Of a stretch of 51,813 bases of DNA, positions 19,639 through 30,340 are shown one piece after another (the first letter of the stretch is position 1; each line of letters opens with the position of its first letter). The notes below the pieces were generated by a model that ran no database searches, was not told the DNA's origin, and saw only the letters and a list, made by a program, of their open reading frames with translations. The stretch is from the NCBI GenBank assembly GCA_964508355.1, contig CAZDTN010000001.1, forward strand, positions 1-51,813, written 5' to 3'. The stretch is from an uncultured Sphingobacterium sp. (GTDB lineage: Bacteria; Bacteroidota; Bacteroidia; Chitinophagales; Chitinophagaceae). The position numbers were made by a program, and so were the translations under genes.

Positions 19639-20682
19639 TTGAAATTCGGTATTAATATTTTAGCCTACAGCTTATTAACCATTCTTCTATTTGCTTCTTG
19701 CAAAAACAACAAACCAGATACGAGTAAGATTGATATACAATTAGAAGTAGTGAGATTTGAAAAAGATTTCTTTGCATTAGACACTAACAATATCAATCTG
19801 TCGATGCAACAATTGAACGAAAAACACCAAAATTTCAACAACGACTTTTTGCTGCGCATACTTGGGCTTGAAGGAGTAGATACAACTATCTGGACAACAG
19901 CAATCAAACAATTTATTCGTGATTATACACCAATGTATTCTACAATTAAAACTTTAGATCCTGCAATAGATAAATCAATAGATGATACTAAAGATGGTCT
20001 GAAATTAGTTAAATATTATTTTCCCAATTATAAACTACCTGAACAATTTATTACATTTATTGGACCAATTGATGCATATGCATCAAATCAGACAGGTGGA
20101 TCTGGAGACATTATCACTACATTTGCATTGGCCGCAGGTCTTCAATTACATTTAGGAACAGATGCATCAATTTACAATACAGATATAGGAAGACAACTTT
20201 ACCCAACATATATTTCAAGAAAATTCAATGTCGAAAATATACCAGTCAATGCAATGAAAAACGTCATAGATGAGCTGCTTCCTCCAATTCAGCAAGGCAG
20301 TACATTACTTGAAATTTTTGTTGATCACGGAAAAAGAATGTACTTGTTGGACTTATTTCTGCCCGATGCTGATGATACGCTCAAATTAGGGTATACCCCG
20401 AAGCAATTGGAGATCGTTAGCAACAACGAAGGATTGATTTGGAATTATTTTCAAGAAAATAACTTATTATTTGAAACTGATGGATATAAAGTAAGACCAT
20501 TCACAACTGCAGCTCCATCGACAATTGAATTTGGAGAAGATTCACCAGGCTTTATTTCATTATTTGTAGGAAGACAAATAATAAAGGAATACCTAAGAAA
20601 GAATTCAGAGACAGACATCAATAGTTTACTGAAACTAGATGCTAATAAAATTCTTGCCGGCTCTAAATATAAACCCAGATAA
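19639..20682 (+). CDS. gldB: Gliding motility lipoprotein GldB-like
   Basis: Lipobox LFASC, RFEKDFF, YYFP, GYT..Q...NEGLIWNYF, C-terminal SKYKP; adjacent to nadE as in other Bacteroidota. Start moved to TTG 19639. Confidence 0.8.
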   Translation: MKFGINILAYSLLTILLFASCKNNKPDTSKIDIQLEVVRFEKDFFALDTNNINLSMQQLNEKHQNFNNDFLLRILGLEGVDTTIWTTAIKQFIRDYTPMYSTIKTLDPAIDKSIDDTKDGLKLVKYYFPNYKLPEQFITFIGPIDAYASNQTGGSGDIITTFALAAGLQLHLGTDASIYNTDIGRQLYPTYISRKFNVENIPVNAMKNVIDELLPPIQQGSTLLEIFVDHGKRMYLLDLFLPDADDTLKLGYTPKQLEIVSNNEGLIWNYFQENNLLFETDGYKVRPFTTAAPSTIEFGEDSPGFISLFVGRQIIKEYLRKNSETDINSLLKLDANKILAGSKYKPR

Positions 20683-20689
20683 GTAGAGT

Positions 20690-21763
20690 TTACTTTGAAG
20701 CCCTGCCCATTAAGTGCATAAAACGTACATGGGAACTAATTGCAGCTCTAGTGGTTGGGAAATAAATATAATTCAGGTCAAATTTCTCACAAGTCTCTTT
20801 CACTATCTTACTTATTGCAGGATAGTGAATGTGACTGATTCTTGGAAACAAATGGTGTTCGATTTGGTAGTTCAGGCCACCCACAAACCACGTAACAAGC
20901 TTGTTGGAGAATGCAAAATTTGCAGTCGTTTTTACTTGGTGTATCGCCCATTCATTTTCAATTTTTACAGGATCGACTCCCGCAGCATCGAAATCTGCAT
21001 GTTCTACAACATGTGCCAACTGAAATACGATAGCAAGTGTTAAGCCTAGTGTGAACTGACTAATTAGAAATCCAATTAGCCACCATTTCCAACCAATCAA
21101 CACAATTGGAACAATAATGTAGAAAACAATAAAGAAGATCTTACCTACCCAAAACATCAAATGCTCTTTGAAATCCATGGGTTTTAAAGGGGTGGTATAG
21201 ACTTTCTTTGAAAAATATTTAATGTAGTCCATGAAAAACATGAACAAAGAAGTAAATCCATATAACACAAACATGTATGCACTTTGAAACTTGTGCATAG
21301 GTTTCAAGGGCTGGGTAGAGCACTGACGCAAAAATGGCATATTATTGATGTCGTCATCTACACCATCAATATTAGTATAGGTATGATGTATTATATTGTG
21401 CTTTAACTTCCATAAAAATGCATTTCCTCCCAAGAAATTATTGGTGAGGCCAAACACCTCGTTCACCCAACCCTTTGTAGAAAAACTGCCATGACAAGCA
21501 TCATGCATGATATTAAAGCCTATAGCTGCCATGTTCAAACCAAATAAAAACCACAAAGCAATCGAGAGCAAAGCTGGCATATCAATAAACATCAACAAGC
21601 TGTATAAACCCAATGCACTTGGAATCAAAATCATGGTCTTGAGATACAACTTCCAATTTCCTGTTTTTTTAATCCCATTTCTTTCAAAATAAGCGTCTAC
21701 TTCAGCCTTTAGCGCATTAAAAAACACCTTATTCTTGTTGTTGAAAGTTACTTTATATCCCAT
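20690..21763 (-). CDS. Membrane fatty acid (acyl-CoA) desaturase
   Basis: His boxes HDACH, HNIIHH, QIEHH. Confidence 0.93.
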   Translation of the reverse strand: MGYKVTFNNKNKVFFNALKAEVDAYFERNGIKKTGNWKLYLKTMILIPSALGLYSLLMFIDMPALLSIALWFLFGLNMAAIGFNIMHDACHGSFSTKGWVNEVFGLTNNFLGGNAFLWKLKHNIIHHTYTNIDGVDDDINNMPFLRQCSTQPLKPMHKFQSAYMFVLYGFTSLFMFFMDYIKYFSKKVYTTPLKPMDFKEHLMFWVGKIFFIVFYIIVPIVLIGWKWWLIGFLISQFTLGLTLAIVFQLAHVVEHADFDAAGVDPVKIENEWAIHQVKTTANFAFSNKLVTWFVGGLNYQIEHHLFPRISHIHYPAISKIVKETCEKFDLNYIYFPTTRAAISSHVRFMHLMGRASK

Positions 21764-21817
21764 TACCTTAATAATATTTGTACTTGGTAAAGTTATGATA
21801 ACGTATGTTAATAAAGA

Positions 21818-22204
21818 TTAATTTCTTTTGAAAGGAGCTTCCATGTAAAACACAGGAATATTGACTTCAAACTGCTGTTTTGTTAAAATATTTTCCATTA
21901 AATATGTTCCATACATTTTACCCAACTCAGACCTTAGGTTACAACCCGAAATATATTGATACTTGTCGTTCGGTGCAATAATTGGTTGTACCCCAATCAC
22001 TCCCTCACCTTCCACCTCTTTTCTTTCCGCACTGCTGTCGTTGATGTACCAATGTCTTCTTAATAATTGCACCGGAAAAGAGTTATGGTTTTCTATAGTA
22101 ATTCGGTATGCAAACATAAACTCCATCTGCACCGGATTGGAATAATCCTGCTGATAAAATTGTTCAACACTTATTTTTATTCCATCTGTTACCTTCGACA
22201 CCAT
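21818..22204 (-). CDS. apaG: ApaG protein
   Basis: FAYRITIEN, QLLRRHWYI, EVEGEGVIGVQP. Confidence 0.95.
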   Translation of the reverse strand: MVSKVTDGIKISVEQFYQQDYSNPVQMEFMFAYRITIENHNSFPVQLLRRHWYINDSSAERKEVEGEGVIGVQPIIAPNDKYQYISGCNLRSELGKMYGTYLMENILTKQQFEVNIPVFYMEAPFKRN

Positions 22205-22312
22205 GCTACTTTTTTTCGAATTTAAAAATAATTGACTTACCGCAGTAGTGACTATTTTTTTGTAAATTGAAACCTATATAAACGCAACCACAATTATAAT
22301 AACAAAAAGCAT

Positions 22313-23053
22313 ATGAAAAAGTTTTACCTGATTGCTGCACTGGGATTAATTTCGTCAACTTCTATCGCACAAGAAAGAAAAGGAGACCCAACACTTACAG
22401 AACTCTGGAATCCAGTTCCAAAAATTGTTGAACCGGGTAAAACAAGTCAGGATCCCCCTGCTGATGCAATTGTGCTTTTTAATGGAAAAGATTTTTCGGC
22501 ATGGAATGGTAAGGGAGGAAAACCTGTAGAATGGACAATTGCAGATCAAGCAATGACTGTAAAAGGGGGATCAGGTGAAATCATCTCTAAACAAGGTTTC
22601 GGAGATTGTCAGCTTCATATAGAATGGAGAACTCCTTCAATTGTTAAAGGTGAAGGTCAGGGCAGAGGAAATAGCGGAATTTTTTTAATGGGTAAATATG
22701 AATTGCAGGTACTTGATAGCTACAATAATAAAACCTATTCAAATGGTCAGGCTGGCAGCATTTACAAACAGCTTATTCCGCTAGTTAATGCATCAAAAGC
22801 ACCTGGTGAATGGCAGACCTATGATATCATATTTACTGCACCGAGATTTGGTGCTGATGGAAGATTACAAGCTCAAGCAAGGATAACAGTGATTCACAAT
22901 GGAGTACTCATCCAAAATAATCAAGCAATCTGGGGAGGAACAGAGTACATAGGAATCGCTGAGTACAAACCACACAGTATAAAAGAACCTTTGGTTCTTC
23001 AAGATCATGGCGATGCAGTAAGTTTCAGAAATATTTGGATCAGGGAGCTGTAG
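22313..23053 (+). CDS. DUF1080 (3-keto-disaccharide hydrolase family) secreted protein
   Basis: Signal peptide, LFNGKD, GNSGIF, YELQVLDS, GEWQTYDI, LQDHG..VSFRNIW. Confidence 0.88.
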   Translation: MKKFYLIAALGLISSTSIAQERKGDPTLTELWNPVPKIVEPGKTSQDPPADAIVLFNGKDFSAWNGKGGKPVEWTIADQAMTVKGGSGEIISKQGFGDCQLHIEWRTPSIVKGEGQGRGNSGIFLMGKYELQVLDSYNNKTYSNGQAGSIYKQLIPLVNASKAPGEWQTYDIIFTAPRFGADGRLQAQARITVIHNGVLIQNNQAIWGGTEYIGIAEYKPHSIKEPLVLQDHGDAVSFRNIWIREL

Positions 23054-26000
23054 TACTGTTTTGATCTTGCACTTCCATAATGGTTTGGTTCAAAGCCTGC
23101 AAGAATTCATAAACTTGTTCCATGTTGCTAACAGGCTCAGTGATCAACATGAAATTTTTACCTACTTGCTTGAGATGACTTTTATTCGTCTTTGTTTGCA
23201 AATGAAGAAGAATTGCATTGAAAGTTAGCGAGTGAAAATATGGAGAGTCAGGATTATTGACAAAATAACAACGGAGTATTCCTTGTTTTAGGGTCATCCT
23301 TTCGAATCCAATACCTACAGCCAATTTTCTGCACCTCACGGTTGTGAATAAGCCTTCCACTGGGTAAGGCATTGGGCCAAAGCGATCGACCATTTCATCG
23401 TGAAAACGTTTTAACTCATCCTCATCTCTGCAATTATCCAAACGAGTATACAATGTTAATCTTTCAGCAATCTGATCAACGTAATCGTCTGGTATCAATA
23501 TCTCAAGATCAGTATCAATAGTGCAGTCGCTAACAAAATCATCTTGCTTACTGATTTCCTCTTTAAACACATCCTTGAACGCAGTTCTTTTTAATTCACG
23601 AATGGCCTCATCAAGAATTTTTTGATACATCTCAAAACCAATTTCGATCATAAACCCACTCTGTTCTCCACCCAGCATATTACCAGCACCCCTGATATCC
23701 AGATCTCTCATTGCAATTTGAAATCCACTTCCTAGCTCAGCGTGTTGCTCTAAAGTTTGTAATCGTTTTCTGGAATCAGGTGGCAATACACTTATTGGTG
23801 GTGCCATTAAATAGCAAAAAGCCTTTCGGTTACTTCTTCCTACCCTACCTCTAAGCTGGTGAAGATCGCTCAATCCAAACTGATGGGCATTGTTAATAAT
23901 AATGGTATTGACATTTGGAATATCAACACCACTTTCCACAATATTGGTACAAACCAACACATCATATTTTTTATGGATGAAGTCAAAAATTCTTTCTTCC
24001 AATTCATGCCCCTCCAACTGTCCATGTGCAAATCCAATACTTAAATCTGGACATAAACTTTTTATCAGGTTAGCCATTTCCGACAAACCATTCACCCTGT
24101 TGTGAATAAAGAAAACCTGACCCCCCCTTTCTATTTCAAAATAGATGGCATCTCTAATTTGATCTTCATTAAATACAACCACTTCTGTCTGTATAGGTTG
24201 TCGGTTAGGAGGTGGCGTATTGATTATACTCAAATCGCGTGCGCCCATCAAACTAAATTGAAGTGTCCTTGGAATTGGCGTAGCGGTCAGGGTTAAACAA
24301 TCAACATTCGTCTTCAGCGTCTTAATTTTCTCTTTGTGCGCTACCCCAAATTTTTGCTCTTCGTCAATTACAAGTAATCCGAGATTTTTGAACTTAATAT
24401 CTTTTGAGAGTAATGCATGTGTTCCCACAATAATATCAATCTTTCCTTCCTCTAGTTTTTTATAGGTTTCTTTTTTCTCTTTGGTCGATTTAAAACGGTT
24501 GATAAAATCAACAGTAACTGGTAAATCTTTTAACCTTTCACTAAAAGTTTTATAATGCTGATAAGCCAAAATGGTAGTTGGAACGAGGACTGCAGCTTGT
24601 CTGCCATCAATACAGGTTTTAAATGAAGCGCGAATAGCCACTTCAGTTTTACCAAATCCAACATCGCCACAAACCAGTCTGTCCATTGGTGACGGGGCCT
24701 CCATATCTTTTTTTACATCAGCTACTGCACGACTCTGATCTGGCGTGTCCTCATACATGAAAGAGGCTTCAAGCTCTGTCTGCAAATAGTTATCCGGACT
24801 ATGAGCAAACCCTTCTTGCGCTTTTCGCTCAGCATATAATTTAATGAGATCAAAAGCAATTTCCTTAACTCTACCTTTTGTCTTTTCCTTTAATTTGACC
24901 CAAACATCACTACCCAATTTATTGACCTTGGGCATATGTCCTTCTTTACCAGTATACTTTGAAATTTTGTGTAAAGAGTTAATATTGACGTACAAAATAT
25001 CATTGTCGCGATAAATTATTCTTACCGCTTCTTGAGTCTGCCCACCATTCTGCACTTTTTGCAAACCACTAAATACACCAACCCCATGGTCGATATGCAC
25101 AACAAAATCCCCAGGTTGCAACTCTTTCAAAGCTCGTAGTGTTATGGCCTTACTTTTGTTATAAGCTTGCTTGATTTTGTATTTGTGGTACCGTTGAAAA
25201 ATCTGGTGATCTGTATAGGCAATAATTCCATGCTCTTTATCAATAAAGCCTTGATGAATAGCTGCAGGTATAGGAACAAACTGAATCTCAGATTTTAAAT
25301 CTGTGAAAATTGAGTACAGCCGCTCAAGTTGCTTTGCATTTTCTGAAAAGATATAGAGTTGTCTTTGTTGGACTTCATGTGATTTTAAGTCCTTGATCAA
25401 GAGTTCAAACTGTCGATTGAAAGCAGGTTGGGGAGAAGATTGAAAACCAATATTCAAATTGGGATTGTGGATAGTATTAACAGACGCAATTTCCACTACT
25501 TTTCTTTGTTCAAATGCTTTTTCAAAAGCATCCGCGCCAGTAAAATCATCTTCCCCTACTTCTACAGGACGATCATCCTGACCACCTACCTCTCTATGGC
25601 CATCTTGTTGAGAGAAAAAGAGGTGAATATTATCTTCATAATCTCTAAATCGGTCAAGAACCAGCTGCCAATTGGATGTGTAAATGATTGAATTTGCAGG
25701 AAGTAAATCCAGGAAATCAACTTTTTCAGCACTGCTATAATTAGCATCTGCATTAGGGATGATATTAACTTGAAGTAGCTCTCTTTCACTCAATTGAGAT
25801 TCTGGATCAAATATTCTTATTGAATCCACTTCTTGTCCGAATAACTCTATCCTGTATGGCTTTTCATTTCCAAATGAATAAATATCAAAGATGCCTCCCC
25901 TCATGGCAAATTGCCCAGGCTCATAAACGAAATCGGTTCGTTCAAATCCATATCCAACAAGCTTTTCCATCAATTGATCAGAATCCAGCTTATCATTTAC

Positions 26001-26450
26001 TTTGATTGAGATGATATTGGCAGATAAGGTACCTGCATTAGCCACCTTCTCCATCAATGCTTCAGGATAGGTGACAATAATTTTTTTGTTTCCTTCAGTA
26101 GCTAATCTGGTCAAGGTTTCTGTTCTCAACATCACATGGCTACTGCTCTGAAGTTTAAAATTCTTGTTGGTTTTAAAGGATGATGGAAAATAGAAAAGAT
26201 CAATAGGGGCAATCAACTGCTCAATATCATTATGGAGATAAGCAGCCTCTTCCGCATCCTCCAAAATGAAGAGATGATTGAATTTACTGATATGATTGTT
26301 GTTATAAAGGGCGCTAAATATGAATGTTCTAAGGGAACCTGCAACCCCATTTACAGCAATTTTAGAAGGATCAGGCAATAGTATGCCATCCGCTATTTCA
26401 GCAATGCGGGGGGATGCAGCATATTTATCCAATAGATACTTCAGGTTCAT
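23040..26450 (-). CDS. mfd: Transcription-repair coupling factor Mfd
   Basis: VHIDHGVG RID domain, GDVGFGKTEVA, DEEQ, TATPIPRTL, QLRGRVGR, DLDIRGAG. Start moved to ATG 26450, downstream of the -7 element. Confidence 0.97.
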   Translation of the reverse strand: MNLKYLLDKYAASPRIAEIADGILLPDPSKIAVNGVAGSLRTFIFSALYNNNHISKFNHLFILEDAEEAAYLHNDIEQLIAPIDLFYFPSSFKTNKNFKLQSSSHVMLRTETLTRLATEGNKKIIVTYPEALMEKVANAGTLSANIISIKVNDKLDSDQLMEKLVGYGFERTDFVYEPGQFAMRGGIFDIYSFGNEKPYRIELFGQEVDSIRIFDPESQLSERELLQVNIIPNADANYSSAEKVDFLDLLPANSIIYTSNWQLVLDRFRDYEDNIHLFFSQQDGHREVGGQDDRPVEVGEDDFTGADAFEKAFEQRKVVEIASVNTIHNPNLNIGFQSSPQPAFNRQFELLIKDLKSHEVQQRQLYIFSENAKQLERLYSIFTDLKSEIQFVPIPAAIHQGFIDKEHGIIAYTDHQIFQRYHKYKIKQAYNKSKAITLRALKELQPGDFVVHIDHGVGVFSGLQKVQNGGQTQEAVRIIYRDNDILYVNINSLHKISKYTGKEGHMPKVNKLGSDVWVKLKEKTKGRVKEIAFDLIKLYAERKAQEGFAHSPDNYLQTELEASFMYEDTPDQSRAVADVKKDMEAPSPMDRLVCGDVGFGKTEVAIRASFKTCIDGRQAAVLVPTTILAYQHYKTFSERLKDLPVTVDFINRFKSTKEKKETYKKLEEGKIDIIVGTHALLSKDIKFKNLGLLVIDEEQKFGVAHKEKIKTLKTNVDCLTLTATPIPRTLQFSLMGARDLSIINTPPPNRQPIQTEVVVFNEDQIRDAIYFEIERGGQVFFIHNRVNGLSEMANLIKSLCPDLSIGFAHGQLEGHELEERIFDFIHKKYDVLVCTNIVESGVDIPNVNTIIINNAHQFGLSDLHQLRGRVGRSNRKAFCYLMAPPISVLPPDSRKRLQTLEQHAELGSGFQIAMRDLDIRGAGNMLGGEQSGFMIEIGFEMYQKILDEAIRELKRTAFKDVFKEEISKQDDFVSDCTIDTDLEILIPDDYVDQIAERLTLYTRLDNCRDEDELKRFHDEMVDRFGPMPYPVEGLFTTVRCRKLAVGIGFERMTLKQGILRCYFVNNPDSPYFHSLTFNAILLHLQTKTNKSHLKQVGKNFMLITEPVSNMEQVYEFLQALNQTIMEVQDQNSTTAP

Positions 26451-26460
26451 GACTTCACTA

Positions 26461-26468
26461 CAAAAGTA
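26461..26468 (-). promoter_or_regulatory. -7 element TACTTTTG of mfd
   Basis: Exact TAnnTTTG, 10 nt before ATG 26450. Confidence 0.65.
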
Positions 26469-26571
26469 AAGATACACCTAATGTAGGTGGCGTTATCGTC
26501 ATATAAATGTGACACAAAAATTAAATACAAAGGCCAAAAATTGGTTAAATTGCCAAGGCGAATACATACCC

Positions 26572-29553
26572 ATGAAGAAACATAGACTCTTTTTATTTTC
26601 ATTTGCAACTTTTCTTCTGTTTGCATCTGTATTGTATAACAAATACCACATTGATTTCCCAAAAAATAAGAAAGACCTCACCATTTTGAATAAGGATGAG
26701 GAAGAAGAAAGTGAGGAGCTAGAACAAGAAAATTCAAGAAGACGAGCTGAATTTGAATGGACCTTACAAAGAGACCCCAAAACGGGGAAAATCCCTGAGG
26801 GCATAAAAGAGAAAGAAATTGAACTTTTAAAAGTGCTGCCGGTAAAGGCTGACGGGATTTTCAGAGAAGCGCTTATCTCATTATCCACAGATGTCCAACA
26901 AACTGGAGGTGCAGAAAATAGCTACGGCGCAGTTGGTCCCTCTCAGAATGGAGGCAGAACCAGAGCTGTTGCCTATGATAAAAGATTTGGATCAACTATC
27001 AACGGGGCAGTGAACCGTGTGATTTTAGCTGGTGGGGTGAATGGCGGAATATTTAGAACAACAGATGGAGGTCAGAATTGGAGATATGTCCACCCCGATG
27101 GAGAAGCTAGAAACATTTCTTGCTTAGCTCAAGATCCAAGGCCTGGGCAAGAAAATACGTGGTATGCAGGAACTGGCGAGCCGATTGGAGCATCAGCAGG
27201 ATATCCTACGGGATTTATATTCGGCAACGGAATGCTTAAATCGATAGACAATGGTGCTACATGGACAAAATTATCGATCACCAATGTAAATGATCCAACA
27301 CAGTTCATCTCGGAATGGAACTTCGTTCACAAAATTGCTATCCATCCTTTAACGGGTGACATTTACGCTGCAATACACAGGAGAATTGTTCGGTCAAGAG
27401 ACGGTGGTCAAACTTGGCAAACAGTTTTTATTTCATCTAACAACACACCAACGCTAGCTGTGGGTGGCATAGCTGATATTCTAATATCAAGTAATGGAAG
27501 TAAAATTATTGTAGCCATGTCAGGCAGAAATGCTGATCCCAATTTAGCAGGTGTTTTTGTTTCAGCGACAGGTGAACTTGGTAGTTTTACCAGAATAGCG
27601 GGTGGTAATTTAGGAAATCCAGATTATGTGGCGGGCTGGAGGCCTTATAACAACACGCAAAATCAATCTGACGAGTTCATTTCTGGTTGGGGGAAAATTG
27701 TAATAGCACTAGCCCCCTCCAATGAAAACATTCTTTATGTGATGGTTGAAAACACTGACCTTGCAACAGATAATAAGCCTGAAGCGGATTTATTTAAGTG
27801 TGATATGTCTACTGCTACACCTACATGGTCAAATCTTACCGCTAACTTAGTAGCCCAAAGAAACTCAACAAGAGTTGGCGTTTCAACAAAATATTTGGAA
27901 ACACAAGGGGCTTACAACATGCTACTGGCAGTACACCCGACTAACCCTAATATTGTTTTAGCAGGTGGCATAAATTTATTTAGATCAACAGATGGATTCA
28001 GTACAAGAACTAATGTAAGGTTCATTGGAGGATTAGAATCTGGAAACACCTACACAGATAACCTTGGAACAAGTCATGTAGATTTTCATAGCTTTTCATT
28101 TGAGCCAGGAAATCCAAATCGTATCTTAATTGGATCTGATGGTGGATTAGGACAAATTGAAAACATCACAGCTCCCACCGTAGTATGGAACTTCTTCAAT
28201 GCCCAAACCAACCTTACCTACAACTCACAATACCAAACATTACAATACTACCATGTAGGCATTGACCCCACTCCAGGTTCAAGAAATTTTTTCGGAGGTG
28301 CTCAAGATAATTCAACAACATTTAGAGATCGATCAGGAATATTTGGGGATCCATTAGTTGACACCAGCGATCACTATATCATCTTGGGAGGCGATGGCTG
28401 TCAAGTTGGTATGACCAAAAAGAATGGCGCAGGAAAACAAGTTTTGTTTTGTGCTGCACAAAACGGACAGTTTTACAGATCCAATCTCCCACCTTTTTCT
28501 TCAAATGATTACGCCCTCATAAAACCAGAAAACACAGGAGAAGGACTTTTTATTACTTATTTCCATTTGGATTATGACAATACTGATCTTTTGTATTACG
28601 CTACTGAGGATACATTGTTTAGAACAAATAGTTCGACTACTGTAACATCCACAACATGGACATTGATGGATAGTGTTCACCCAAAAGTTTTTGGTGACAT
28701 TTATTCATTAGAGACCACAAAAGGACCCTACTCTACTTTGAACCACTTGTTTATTGGCACAGGAGCAGGAAGAGTTTACAAAATTAGAGATCCACAATCT
28801 CCCACAAGCTCTGTAGTTGAAATCACTCCACCAGGTATGGCTGCAGGCTCTGTAGTTAGAGATATTGCCGTTAATCCAAGAAACCAAGATACATTGATGC
28901 TAGTTGTTTCCAACTACAATGTGCAAAGTATTTTCTGGACAGGTAATGCTACAGCTCCAGACCCAACTTGGCAATTGATTGAGGGTAATATTTCTACTCC
29001 ATCCATCAGGGCATGTGAAATTATAGCAAAGACAACAGGAATAGAATATTACGTGGGAACTTCCATTGGTCTATTTAGTACGAAATTGATCAATGGTTCC
29101 AATACAATTTGGTATAGAGAGGTAGCCCCTCCAGGTACTCAAGCAGCAATGCTCAATGGGGCTGTGGTAAATGCGTTAGCCAGCAGATGGGCAGACAACA
29201 CTTTGGTAATTGGTACACATGGTAATGGAATGTTTGCGACTGCCCCTTTAGGCAATCCTATTACTGTCGTAACATCTGTTTTTAATCCAATAAGAAACAA
29301 TTCAAATTTTATCAAGAACATTTACCCCACTATTACACGGGATGTAGTTAAATATGATATAGGCAACATGTACTCCATCAAAAAAATGCACCTCAGGGTT
29401 GCAAGTATGTCAGGTGGTATTGTCATTAGCAAAGATATTCCTTACCAATCCGGAGCAACGGATTTAAGTCGACTTCCTGCAGGCACTTATGTATTAACCA
29501 TAACCAGCCCAGACAATAAATACCAGTCAACCAAAAAAATAATTAAAAACTAA
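26572..29553 (+). CDS. T9SS-secreted Asp-box (BNR) beta-propeller protein
   Basis: N-terminal hydrophobic segment, Asp-boxes RTTDGGQNW, KSIDNGATW, RSRDGGQTW; type A CTD (IYP...LPAGTYVLTI...KKIIKN). Confidence 0.82.
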   Translation: MKKHRLFLFSFATFLLFASVLYNKYHIDFPKNKKDLTILNKDEEEESEELEQENSRRRAEFEWTLQRDPKTGKIPEGIKEKEIELLKVLPVKADGIFREALISLSTDVQQTGGAENSYGAVGPSQNGGRTRAVAYDKRFGSTINGAVNRVILAGGVNGGIFRTTDGGQNWRYVHPDGEARNISCLAQDPRPGQENTWYAGTGEPIGASAGYPTGFIFGNGMLKSIDNGATWTKLSITNVNDPTQFISEWNFVHKIAIHPLTGDIYAAIHRRIVRSRDGGQTWQTVFISSNNTPTLAVGGIADILISSNGSKIIVAMSGRNADPNLAGVFVSATGELGSFTRIAGGNLGNPDYVAGWRPYNNTQNQSDEFISGWGKIVIALAPSNENILYVMVENTDLATDNKPEADLFKCDMSTATPTWSNLTANLVAQRNSTRVGVSTKYLETQGAYNMLLAVHPTNPNIVLAGGINLFRSTDGFSTRTNVRFIGGLESGNTYTDNLGTSHVDFHSFSFEPGNPNRILIGSDGGLGQIENITAPTVVWNFFNAQTNLTYNSQYQTLQYYHVGIDPTPGSRNFFGGAQDNSTTFRDRSGIFGDPLVDTSDHYIILGGDGCQVGMTKKNGAGKQVLFCAAQNGQFYRSNLPPFSSNDYALIKPENTGEGLFITYFHLDYDNTDLLYYATEDTLFRTNSSTTVTSTTWTLMDSVHPKVFGDIYSLETTKGPYSTLNHLFIGTGAGRVYKIRDPQSPTSSVVEITPPGMAAGSVVRDIAVNPRNQDTLMLVVSNYNVQSIFWTGNATAPDPTWQLIEGNISTPSIRACEIIAKTTGIEYYVGTSIGLFSTKLINGSNTIWYREVAPPGTQAAMLNGAVVNALASRWADNTLVIGTHGNGMFATAPLGNPITVVTSVFNPIRNNSNFIKNIYPTITRDVVKYDIGNMYSIKKMHLRVASMSGGIVISKDIPYQSGATDLSRLPAGTYVLTITSPDNKYQSTKKIIKN

Positions 29554-29578
29554 ACAGCTGCAAATCAGCTTTTCAGCT

Positions 29579-30340
29579 ATGTTTTGGATTGGAAAGGTTA
29601 TTGGTGTATTACTTCATCCTCTTCTTTGGATTATTATATTGCTTGCTATTTCGGTATTTTCAAAAAATGTAAAAAGGAAATCTTTATTCGCCATCGCCAC
29701 CTTACTGAGTTTTGTTTTCTTCTCCAACAGCTGGATAATTACAAACCTGATGGCTCCTTTTCATGATCCACCTAATCCTATGAAAGCAAATGAGCAATAT
29801 GAAATCGGAATACTCTTGGGTGGAATAACCAATTATGATAGAAGCAGCAAAGAAGGTTATTTCAATATTTCCTCCGATCGATTTATTCAAACTGCATTAT
29901 TATATAAAAAAGGATACATAAGAAACATTTTGGTTTCAGGCGGACAAAATGGAATCTTTAAAGAAGATAATTTTTCAGAAGCTGGTTTTATCAAAAAGCA
30001 TTTAATGGATTTAGGAATCCCACCAGAAAATATCCTCATAGAGGAAACCTCAAAAAACACTATTGAAAATGCAAAATTTTGCAAAGACATCCTCAAGAAA
30101 AATAAAATGGATAATAAAAGTGTAGTGCTCATTACATCTGCATTTCATATGCAGAGAGCAAAAACAATATTTGAACAGGAGGGGTATAAAATTAGACCAT
30201 TTCCATGCGCCTTTAGTATTTTACCTGGAGCTACAAATTTTAAATTACACCATTTATTGCCAACCACTAAAGCCATGGATTGGTGGCATATTTTTTTAAA
30301 GGAACTAATTGGACAGCTCTACTATAAGATGAGCCGTTAA
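29579..30340 (+). CDS. YdcF/ElyC family (DUF218) membrane protein
   Basis: ILLGG, LVSGG, SEA, EETSKNTIENA, LITSAFHMQRA, KELIG. Confidence 0.9.
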   Translation: MFWIGKVIGVLLHPLLWIIILLAISVFSKNVKRKSLFAIATLLSFVFFSNSWIITNLMAPFHDPPNPMKANEQYEIGILLGGITNYDRSSKEGYFNISSDRFIQTALLYKKGYIRNILVSGGQNGIFKEDNFSEAGFIKKHLMDLGIPPENILIEETSKNTIENAKFCKDILKKNKMDNKSVVLITSAFHMQRAKTIFEQEGYKIRPFPCAFSILPGATNFKLHHLLPTTKAMDWWHIFLKELIGQLYYKMSR

